Of a DNA stretch of 64,000 nucleotides, positions 38,901 to 50,900 are shown piece after piece. The notes under the pieces are model-generated. The model saw only the letters and a list, made by a program, of their open reading frames with translations, ran no database searches and was not told the DNA's origin. How positions within the stretch are numbered: position 1 is the stretch's first letter; each line of letters begins with the position of its first letter. Source of the DNA: Tubulanus polymorphus (lineage: Eukaryota; Animalia; Nemertea); assembly GCF_964204645.1 (NCBI RefSeq), contig NC_134027.1, forward strand, positions 10,014,485-10,078,484. Reading direction: 5' to 3'. The translations under genes and the position numbers were made by a program.

Positions 38901-41900
38901 TGAAAATTTATATTACAGGATCAGTACGCTGATAGCTCAACTGGTACGGGAGTCTTAGCGTCGGTTCCATCCGCCCTGACACGTTGGACGGAGGAATCAC
39001 GTGTGCTAGACGGCGATAGTATGCACGATTGTGTACTGTGTAAGTATATACTCAATATCTGTAATCTTAGGAAGTACTGGAGTATCATAATGAACAGCAT
39101 TTAAGCTTAAAAGGTTAAACGGTCTGTAGATTTTTGCCATAGACTTTGCCTTCCTCTGCCGAGGATAAAGGGGAGACACACGATTAAATTTTTTTTTTTT
39201 TTCGTTCAGTGTTAAAACCAGATATCGTAGAAACATTGGAAAAAAATCGCGACGAAGAAGTCGCGAAACGACGCGAAATACGCAAAAAGTCCGATGACAC
39301 TACGGACGACGAAAAGAAAAAGAACGATCTGTCCGGTTTGAAAGCGATGGATTGGACTACACCTATACGTACCGATGTAAGTGAGCAGCCTTTTTGTTTT
39401 GAATTGAACTGAAAGAAACATTTACCGGAAAGAATGATTCTGAAAAGAAATTACTGAAAAAATGATAAACCTTCATCAGTATCCTATACGATACTCATTA
39501 GATATCTGTGTAAATGATGACAGGCATTGTGTCCATTGACAGGCATTTGCTCGAGCCGCTCATTGCTAGTCACATCAATGCAGGGTTCATGGGGTTGATT
39601 TCTACTCAGGTCCTCCCCTTAATTAGGCATTGAGAAACCCTCAAGCCCGATATAAATGTTGAGTGTGGTACTCAGCAAGATGAAGATAAAAAATAATTCC
39701 AAAGATCCGGAAATCGATGCAGAATGCTTACATAGGTGTATCTTCGTTTTCAGGCTTCAAGTTCGGTCGCAGCTGCAACCACTAATACGGGAACGACCAC
39801 GAACGCAGTGACTAGCTCTCAATCTCAGTTAACCTCGGCGTCGTCTACTACGGCAACGTTATCAGCACTCGGTGAGGTCACGGCTGCCGAGCGTGTGGCG
39901 CAGGAATTATTGATGCACGTCGAGGAAGCTCTGCGACGTCCTTTCGCGCCGAGCACGACGTCGGCACCCGGTAAGTGAGGCTTTTGCAACCGTGACCATC
40001 GATCTATCGGATCATGGCATATGTTGTTAAAATGATGATCAACTCGTTGAATGCCCTAGTACTTATCAGTACAGTGTTGGGTTTCACACCTTGGAGAACT
40101 GAAGAAAGTATTTCAACAACAACAATTAATTAATCAAAATTCTGTTTTCTCATTTGTTATTGAACGGTTAAAAAGCTGCCAATTTTCTCCGTTTGTAGAA
40201 ACGCCTCCCGTGTCAAATAACAGCGGCTCTTTGACCAGCGTGCCGATGATATTACAGTCGGTAGATCGTCCGAGTATTCTGCAGCAAACGCCATCCGACA
40301 GCAATGTACAAATAAGCATGCCACCGGCGCCATTCAGGTTCGTATTATTAGACCGTGGTTGCGTGTCGAATATAAAGACAAAAAAAGTTGCAGAAAATGA
40401 TGATCACCTTAAGAATGCCCTAGTACACATACTGGTACTATGTTGGGTTTCACACCTTGGAGAACTGATGCAACTTACAAAATGAAGCTCACTTATTCAG
40501 TTTAATATTGATTCCTGCTTGACCAGAAAAGAATGAATTGATTATTTTAGTTCACCTAGGGTTTTCATTTGTAAGCAAAACCCTTGTAAATGACTAATAT
40601 TTCAGTTAACCTCCATGACCCAGTCCCATAGTTTTCGATTCAGTTTGAGTTAGGATCAGTTCATTTCCAAAGTTTTAACCTTAGAAACTTCAAATGAAAT
40701 GGAGATCTATATATAGAACTGGGTCCGGTTTTATCTACATAGAACTTAAACCTGCCTGAATTACGTGACAAAAATTTTTCACCCAAAAATCTATGAGAAA
40801 TTGACATTTTTGCTCACTATTCGACTCTAATACTAATACATATTCTTTAATATGTTTGTAATCGCAGATTGCCGCCTGGTGTCGAGACGTCGAGTATCGC
40901 AAATTTGGGTCCATTTTCGATGCCGCTGTTGCAGTCGTTCCAGGGCGGCGCGTCGAACAGTTCGCGCGAAGCTCCGATGGACACGACCGTGCACGAATCT
41001 GTCATCGAGCGAATCGATCGCGAGGCGGAGAATTTCGACCGTTTCAATGAATCGTGGTTGCCGGCGCAGTCGTACCTGGGCGCGATCGAACCGCCACCTG
41101 TCGAATCGTCGATCGCTGACAGTTTGGCAGCGATCCTGCAGAATGAATCGCAAGATGGACTCATCAATCCCGGTTTGTTATTTACGATATTTATTTGTTC
41201 CTCTCACTGGTTGTGTTTTTATCGGGGCTGATAAGTTATTTCAAATTTAGTCCACACTTTTCGTTGAATATAGATTTTCATTTTCTATCAGATAAGGCCT
41301 ACAATAAAATCCAACTGTTATAATTCTGCATCGTAATTATTTCAGCCCTTAGCCCGGTTTACACGAGGTAGTGAAATTGGAGTGTCTCGTAAAAATTCTG
41401 TTGCTTTCAATCAAAATTTGTTCATTATCGGAATTTATTCTAACCAGATCCTAATCTAAGAATATATAAGACGAATTAGGAATAACTTGTGACACTACGC
41501 AGAAATGTCCTTGTTAGAATTAAATTTAGATGAAGTGGCTCCATAGACTTCTGCTTCTGTTGTAGTGAGACCTTCGTTTCGATAATCTCCTTTTCCATTC
41601 GTACATTTAGTCGCCGGATTGGGAGAATTACAGCCCCCAGCGGCGCCCCCTCCGAGCGGAGGAACGATCACTCCGGAGGAGCCGTCGAATGTAACGAGCT
41701 CTGACGCGGTGACGATCCACAGCACGCCATCCGACAGCAGCACGGGTACGCCTACTACTGAACCGTGTCTAATTGCTGGAGTACTTTCTACACCTGTCAC
41801 CTCTACTGCGCCTAGTTCATCTACCACAGCCAGGTTAGCATTCAAAATCACAAAATCTTCTTCAAAGTCTACTACGAAGTCTTCTTTCATGATAATAGAC

Positions 41901-44900
41901 ATTCAGTTAGCTTAAGAGACCTATGCAGTAGCAGACCTGGTTATGACTATTACCGTATTTGAGAATAGTTTCTACTGTTTAGACCTCAACAACTGCCAAA
42001 TATATCTCGGCGCTCTCAGAATCGGAATGATTTTTAATTCGTTTTCAATTAAATTGCTATTTTCTATGTCAACTCTAGCGCAAGCTACGATTAGAAATCA
42101 CAGGAGCCCAGGTCTGAGTATAGTTTGTGCTCATGCTTGTTGGTATTATTTCCCGCTATATCTCCATTGGGAGATGAAGCCCCCAGGACTTATGAGTAAT
42201 ATATCCGGCCAGGTAGCTATAAGCTCCTGGGGCCAGTTGCACAGTTGTGACTTAAGTCCAAAAGTGGTCTTAAATCTTAAAACTGGTCTTAAATTGTTAG
42301 ATTGGCTTTAGAACAAAGTTGGTCTTAGACTGGTCTTAAGTCTAAGCCATGACTATGCAACCTGCCCCTGGGTAGAGAGAGGAAACTCGGATCTTGCCCA
42401 GGGATGCTACAATACTGCACAGCATTTGCACCCAGTTGCGGCATCCCAGTCAGCAACTGCTCTACAATTCATGTAGCGGATTTGTTTTTGATTCTAGCGT
42501 GACTGGTAATCCGGTCGGTTCGGATTCTCCATCCGATCCCCTCGTGCCCGACGGCGTCGACCCGTCATTCCTCGCCGCTTTGCCGGAGAATATCAGACAG
42601 GAAGTGATCGCCGAACAGTTGCGTCTGCAGCGAATACAACAACGCGCTCAACAACAGAATCTGGCCGCGGTCGAGGCCGGCGGATCCGTTACCGAGGTCA
42701 ATCCGGAGTTCCTCGCCGCCTTGCCACCTGCCATTCAAGAAGAGGTAAGTTCTTGGTGTTCGTAGTATTTATTTTACGTGTTGTGTTAATACATTTGAAG
42801 CATGTAGGATTCGATGATATTTACTAGGACAATTACTCCCCCAATTCGTTCTTGTTTCAATTAATGTTTGAATTTCAGTTAAATCACCTAAATACTAACT
42901 GCTAATTCCAATGAATTAGGCAAAGCTCACTAGTACACTTAATTGAGCTAATAAGTGCATCTAAGACATTTGGATTTCTCAGTATCTTAGATTTTGGTTT
43001 ACATGTAGTTGGGAAATGATGCATGTTTTCTACGAGTCTTAACCATTCCAACTGTCATGAGTCTTGACTGATTTTTTTTCGACCTTGATCTGAAGTTACA
43101 GATGTTTCAACTGTTGCAGCTAATTATTAAGTTTCCTTTGATTTGGCAAATGAACTACATGCTTGACAAGACATTGAACAATGTGGGGGGTAATTGTCCT
43201 AAAATCTAGATATATTATTGACGTATATCCGTAATTCAACCGACAGGTCCTAGCGCAACAACGGGCTGAACACGCTCGTTTGGCTCAACAAACCGGCACG
43301 GTCGCCCAAGAAGCGCCGGTCGACCCGGCGGGATTCATCGCCACGTTACCGGCGTCGCTTCGGCAACAAGTCCTCGCCGACATGGACGACAGCATGTTGG
43401 CAGTGCTGCCACCTACGCTGGCGACTGAAGCGCAGACGTTGCGACGCGAACTCGAAGACCGACATCGTCGCGTGATGCAGGAACGCCTATTCGCACAAGC
43501 AGGTGCGACTTTTGGCTCATTATCAGCTATTCTCAGACACTCAGGTTTGTCAACTGTTGTTTTCTGCCTAAGAAAATTAGTCTCTTAATATGTTTCGTTG
43601 AACGGATTGAAATCTGCGCTAAAATTGTGCATCTCAAATGTCATTCGTTAGTGAATTTATCTCGGTACTATTATTGGCTTTAAACTCGGTGCTGTTGCTC
43701 TAGAGAACACTCATTGACAGACCTGAGGTTTCAAGCATCGAAATACATGTATGGAGTATTTCAGAAGATGTGGCGATTTATTTCATCACTAAAATTAAAG
43801 TGCACTCTTATCATCTGTGGTGGTAAACAGAAAAGTTTCGATTTTCAGTTCGTTTAATTTACATGCGTCAGTGTGGTAGGTTTGTTTTGGGCTTTTGTTT
43901 TCTGAATTTGTACCTGAGATGATGCTCAGTCAGGCGTGATTTCCTGATGAAGTTTCAACTTGACCAATGATTAATCAAAAGCAGCCCACATTGAAAATAC
44001 GTTGTCACATTTTCTGAAATGTCCTGTTGACTATTTCTATAGATAGTAATAAATATCTAACATATTTCTGATCGACCCATTTCGTCTTGTATTACAGGAT
44101 TAGGACGCGTCGGTACGCGCTGTGCGATCCGCGCCGTTCCGAGGCCGCTGCATTCCTGGCGATGGCCCGGTCATCAGTCGCAACCGACGCAGGCGACAGC
44201 CGCAAACATGAACATGCGCGGGCGCCACCTTTTAGACCACGAGGCGTTGACTTGTTTGTTGATATTGCTGTTCGTCGACGAGCCGAAATTGAACCCGACG
44301 AGATTACATCGCGTGTTGCGCAATTTGTGTTACCACGCGCCGACTCGCGCGTGGGTTATTCGCACTTTGTTGTCGATCGTGCAGCGGACTAGCGACAATC
44401 GCGTGGAATCGGAAGAGAAATCCGGAAAAGGCAAACACCGTCGCAAATCGAGCAATCCGTCTAGTCAGGACGCGTCGTCGTCATCGTCTAGGACTTCACA
44501 TCCGTCTTGGTTATCGATCAGTCTCGACGCGGCGCTCGGGTGCCGCGCGAACGTCTTCCAAATTCAGCGCAGCGGCAAGAAATCGAGTAACAACACGTGC
44601 ACGTCGGTGTCGATACATCCGCAAGCTTCGCCGGTCGTCTGCCGACACGTATTAGACACTCTTATATCGTTAGCGAAAAGTTTCCAACTTCAGTTGTCGT
44701 CGTCATCGTCGTGTCAGAAAGCGAAAGAGGCGACGAAATGTGATTCGAACGTGGAAACGACTCCAAAAGACTCCGAAACGACTTCTTGTAAATCGTCGTC
44801 GTCGAAATCGAACCAGTCGAGTCCGGCTCGCGCCGCCGGAACTCCGAGTCGGTCTCGTTCGGCGTCGAGCGGCAGCACGTTGGAGTCGGATTTCTGGGAT

Positions 44901-47900
44901 TTGTTGATCAAGTTAGATTCGACGACGAGTAGCAAAAAAGGCAAAAGCGTTCAGCGGTCACATTCGAGCTCGGCGACCGATCACGCAGACGTCGACGCGG
45001 CCGACTTCGAAAATTCGCCGCTCGGACAACTAATGAACATGTTGGCGCATCCTGTGATAAAACGTAGTCAGTTGTTGACCGATCGTCTGCTGCGATTACT
45101 CGGTCTCGTGTCGGTCGGATTACCGGATCTGAATCGACCGTCGTCGTCGGCGGCCGCAGCCAATAACGCGTCGGTCGCCGGCGTGTCGTCAACCGTCGTC
45201 GCGACGTCCGCGAATATCGCGCCACCGCCGGCTCAGGTCACGTGGGTGTCGTCGGAACCGAACGCGGCCGTCGGTACGGCGACCTCCGTCGAACCGGTGA
45301 TAGTGACGGCGGAAGATCGCGCTCCCCCGTCTGTTCAGCCGTCAACCGGTGAAACTCGCATGGATACATCGTCAGCTCCATCTGGTGGTAAGTGAAGAAT
45401 TAATGAACTTTCATTGTATTGATGATAATATAGATACAAGCAATAAATACGATAATCTATAAATTTTGACGCAAGGAAGGAGCCCAGTTGCTGTACACTT
45501 TGTGGCTGAGGCCCTGATAAATTGGAATGAAAATAGAAAAACTTAGCAAGCAAGAAATGAAAAGGGAAAAAATGATGCAAAAGAGAATAAGATAATACTA
45601 TAGGCGTGCATACTGCCCTAGTTCACTAATTTCCATTCATTGCATGAGACCCTATTGCTGCCCTGTTTATACGATATCAAGTTGCTTAATGATTCTATTT
45701 TGAATTGTAAATGAAAAATTGAAAAAGCTTATTTCGAAAGGTTGTTTCATTACCGATGACCAGTCCTGAGATTTGAGCACTCTCTGGTACCCATATATTC
45801 AATTATAAGAAGCCTAGAATATGTTCTGAGGAGGGATTAATTAAGGGCGATACAGCACTATAAGTGTTAAGAGTTCTTGAGCAACCTTCAGTTAAAATCA
45901 TCACTTGAACAGAAAATGTTCCTGGCCACATTTTGAATGAATTTTATTTTAATAGATATAAGATCGTGTACATGAATAATAGATACAATATAGAACACTA
46001 TTTTCAAATACTGAAACTATACCCACTACTATTGTATAGCATCCATTAGATTAGTTATGTGTATAATCTGTTATAGATCGCGTGCGTGTATTTTAGTTGC
46101 TAAATGATATCATTTCAGAATCACCTGCTGGAACTCCTGCTGCGGTTCCGGTTGTCCAAGCACCTATCGGCACGCCCGCTCCGGCTGCTACTGCTAGGAA
46201 AACGGAAACAAAAGCAGACGATGCTAAAAAAGCCGAACAAAGTGAGGAAAAAGAGGAGTGCCTCGTAATGGAAAATCAACTGCAACTAGCCGTCAATGTG
46301 CGTAGATAAGTAACAATGCGGGCCACCTGGCCACTTCATCGATACATGGGGTACCGGCACTCACCAGATAGCGCAACAACTCACTGTGTTATTGTTAGTG
46401 AAAATAAGGTCATTTCTATGAAATTTGATTTTAAGGCTTCCAAAACCAGAAGTTATCGTCATAGGACAGATGTGAGATTCACCTTCTTACTCAGTTTATC
46501 GCATAGATTTCACTGAAAATTAATTTACTTATGTGGAAACGAACTTAATTGAAATGTTGAGAAAATTGAAGCTTGGTAACCCAGTTAACACTTGTAAACT
46601 TGGTGCGAACATCATTGCCAAATCCTAGCTAGCCACAGTAGGGTTGTCGATAACCATTATAGATGAAGTACCTTTGAACAGTAATGCAACAATGACGCAT
46701 TGCTTTGTTTTGTATATTCCAGGTTCTGACATCAAAAGCATGTTCCGAAGAAGGTCTAGAAGATGCAACCAATCTGCTGTTACAGTTGTCACGTGCAAAT
46801 TCGGTGTCTCGAGCTACTGTACTGAAACTACTGCTGGAAGGAGCGAGACAGTTAGGATGTACAGTCTGTTCAAATATTAGGTAATTGACATTTCTTTAAG
46901 AAAACGATTAACTAAAATTTCTACATCTTACAGCCTGAACTACTTCAAGGCCCGTAGTAGATTTATATATTTTGGTCAATGAATTTCAATCTTATGCTGC
47001 CATCTCTCTGTTCGAAACTTTCCTCAGAATTAAGTCCCTACTGTCTTACTTTGGAAATTCTGAACAGTAGCAACATCATAACAAGGCAACCTATACATCA
47101 GAATATACATCATGGTTCATCTGTTTTCAGGTTATTACTCGGCGAACTGAGTAACGTGACGTTCAAAGCGAAGGATGAAGACGAAAAGGAAGACGTCGAT
47201 GCTCTAGCCACGTCGCAGCAACCGAAGGGCGTTATTACCGACCGGTTCGGTACCGGTAGCGTCGTAGTCGTCAGCGCTCCATCCAAAGTGAAAGGCGGTA
47301 AGTGGATCTATCGTATTACTACTGCTAGTCATACGAAGACCTCTAAATCTACAATTTGCATGCCAGTATAGTGAACTATAGTTCACCCTCTTGTTCAGTA
47401 GCATTCTGACTAGATGATTTATTCTCCAAGATTAGAATCATAGAAATAAGTATTTCCAAATAGTGTGAATTCAGCTGTATGTGTGGTTTGCTGAGATGAC
47501 TTCTTTAATTTGTTTAGAACAATAAAACATTCAGCGTAATTTCAAAATGGAATAAGGATTATGGTAGATGCCTTCATGGTACCCGGTATTTTGGGGAAAG
47601 TTTGTTGATTTCTTGCCTCAATATTTGCTGTTTCTATTTCGTAGGTGGTCGTGAGTTACAGTTACCATCGATGACATTATTGACCAACAAAGCGACCAGT
47701 CAACACTTCTTCCTGCGTATACTCAAAGTAATCATTCAATTGAGGGAAGCCGCGCGTATGGCCGCTAAAAAGGCTAAAAGATCAGGTGAGATTATCGCGT
47801 TCTGTCAGAATGCCTATTTGAAATTAAGAATTGACACTGGTATGATAAACGAACTTGAAGAAGGATTTGAAAATGGTGTCGAAAATGATCGTATTTCATC

Positions 47901-50900
47901 GTTTCAGATACTCTGTCATTCTTAGAGTCGGAAGATCCACTTCTGGATTTAGTAGCTCGTGCGGGCAGCGCCGGCGGTAACAATAGTCAACCGACCTCAG
48001 TGGATAACAATCTACAGAATCAGATCTCAACGGACACCGGCTCGGTTTCTCAACAAGCCTCCGTCGAAAGTCACGATCTGCCGATGGAAGTCGATCAAGC
48101 CGGTAAGCTAATCGTTTCATTGCCAATTTATTAAAACGTTAAGACAAATAGGTTTGTTTCAAAAAAGATGTGTTTTCAAATTTGATTTGAAAGTTTCGAC
48201 TGTAGGAATCTGTAGATCTAATATGACTAGGCAGAACAGGCAAATTTAAGGGCTCTCTCTTCTATGTACTATTGGTTCCACTAGTTGATAAAAATCCTGA
48301 TTGGAACAAAGATGTCCAGTTGGTATACAGTTAACAATGATTTCGAACATACCTTTACACATATTGTTACCGGTACTTTGATTTTGCCCAAAAAAAGGTA
48401 TAATTCATTCAAAAACATTTTTTGTTTCGTCTGTAGGAACATCAGCCGCCGATTCGAAGTCGACGAAGAAAGACGACACGCCGGTTCTACCTCGACTCAG
48501 CGAGCAGCTATCTCTCGACGAACTGTGGGATACGCTCGGTGAATGTTTGACCGGATTAGCTCAGACACCCGATCAACATGCCGTTCTCGTGTTACAGCCA
48601 GCTGTCGAAGCTTTTTTCATAGTCCACGCCGGTAATTTAATAGTCGATTTATCTCTTTGCCCCATAGAAATCTTACAATTTCATATTTGCGGCTAAAAAT
48701 TAACTGTTGATCAACATTTTCAACTTAAGTAAATCTTAACTAGACCGCAAAAGAGTTACGTCTTGTTGAAACAGGTTTTATATACCTAGTTTCACAGTTA
48801 TGAGTTAAAGTTAAAATCAGTTCATTTTCAATGTTTTAACTCTCAAGAGTCAATTTAAACCAGAACTGTGGAACTGGATCCAGTTTTGAGTCCGAGAGGT
48901 TCACACAGTTGTCAGATAGGTAAAATCTTAAATTAATGTAATGAAGACGGGTCTATGATTGGCACCTGGATAGTAGAACAGTTCATAGCCTCATAAGCTT
49001 CCTACGTACGTAGATTTAATGCCGCGTTTTGTATCGAAATATTCTAGGGGAGAAGGACGGAAGCAACAAGCCGCGTGAAATTTATCGTCAAGCTCGCGAG
49101 GATCAGCTGTCGCATCTGAACGTCGATATAGGCATGCCGATGTCGCCGAACCCGTCGAGTACGAGCAGCGGCGCCGACGTCGGATTATCGCGTGAAAATT
49201 CTGTCGCCTCCGTGTCGTCGTCGATCGTTAGTTGTTCTCCGGACGTTTCAAAATTCTTGAGATTTGCAGGTAGGTTTTTTTTCCGGTGATTCTGGTGTAA
49301 AGTTGATGGTAAATAATGAAATATGATATGATATACGATATACCATATAATGTAGAATGATGGGCATAGCTACAACATTACATAAGTCTTATATATTTCT
49401 CCACTGTTAAATGAGAAATGTCAGTATTCACCGGGGTCCAGTTTGATAGAATGTCGAAATTTATAATCGCACCTAGCAAAACTTGTGCAATTTTATCGAT
49501 TGTCCCATGATGAAGCTATAGTAATGAGTGGAAAAGAATTCTCAAAAAGTATCTACGCATGTTTTCGAGAAGTTAATTTGTAAGTGCAATAAACAGAGCC
49601 GCCAACTGTTCCAGATTTTCAGTATTTGTTACTCTTGTATGATGAGAAATACTGATTTGATTTGTATGATGCATACAGATATATGAAAGATGTTACTGAA
49701 GGTTGTACTGTTGATTACTGATTAATTGAATATTTTTTTTCATATTTCAATGAAACATTACGGAAAAAAATTCAATTTGTTACTGATAGTACATTTCAGA
49801 GATTGGCAGCCTTGAATAAAAAAAAAACGTTAAAAAGTTATTATTTAAAAATATTTATCCATTGTTCTGTATGATTAGGGCTAGGGATACAATTCCTGTT
49901 ATGTTGCAGTTTAGTTCTGAGGACTATTGTTACAACCAGAAGTGAAATAATGTTCACATTAAATTTTTTCGATTTCTTCAGAAACCCATCGCACGGTGTT
50001 GAATCAGATTCTGCGTCAGTCGACGACGCCGTTAGCAGACGGACCGTTCTCCGTGCTGGTCGATCATACGCGTGTGCTCGACTTTGACGTGAAACGACGC
50101 TATTTCCGGCAGGAATTGGAACGAATGGACGAAGGCATGCGTCGCGAGGATTTAGCCGTGCACGTACGACGCGAGCACGTATTCGAAGATTCGTTCCGGG
50201 AGCTGCATAGACGTACACCCGATGAATGGAAACATCGTTTTTATATCGTATTTGAAGGTAAGAAATAGTTTATATCTTGTCATTTTAAATACTCCGTATG
50301 TGGGATAGTTTAGTAAGGATTTTTCTCTGTATTGGTATCATGATTTTGGTCTAAGGTCGTGCAGGAAATTATTTGGGCTGTTGATGCATGGAGATGATTG
50401 TACGGTAGACTCTGCTTGCCTCGGATGTCTCAGGACCAACAGATTTTCTCTGAGATATTATGGGTCAGTCCAAGCAGGGATGGATCATTATTACATTAGT
50501 AAGAAAATTTGTCTACGGCTGGGGCAATCCACTCTGGGTAGACCCAAGTCTACTGTATCTGATAACATGGAACTAGCTAGTGCAATAGAATCCGTTTAAT
50601 TCGGATCATTTGGGACCAACAAAAATCATCCGGTTTACCAGAAATCCGGATTGAAAATAATTTTGTTGTATATTGATGAACATTGTCCGGATTGAACCAA
50701 AATCCATATTAAGCTGATCCGAATTAAGCGGGTTTGACTGTATCTGACAGTGTCATTAGAATGAAATTAAGACACAGTTGGTGAAACATCTCGCCCAATT
50801 TGATTTTCATCTTTAGGGGAAGAAGGTCAAGACGCCGGTGGATTGTTACGCGAGTGGTATCTGATCATTTCGCGCGAGATTTTCAATCCGATGTACGCGC

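Noticed and set aside
39514-39560. ATGATGA followed by AGGCATTTG, resembling the U15 28S guide
   Set aside because: Only 9 nt, no downstream CTGA box D or terminal stem, and explained by a short direct repeat of TGACAGGCATT.
18874-45225. Antisense and alternative-frame ORFs overlapping HUWE1 exons (e.g. 18874-19266, 34258-34620, 36135-36599, 44908-45225)
   Set aside because: These are shadow ORFs of GC-rich coding exons and show no recognisable protein features.
46091-46118. Alternative upstream acceptor at 46096
   Set aside because: Using it gives an immediate in-frame stop (GTT GCT AAA TGA). The acceptor at 46118 preserves the frame.
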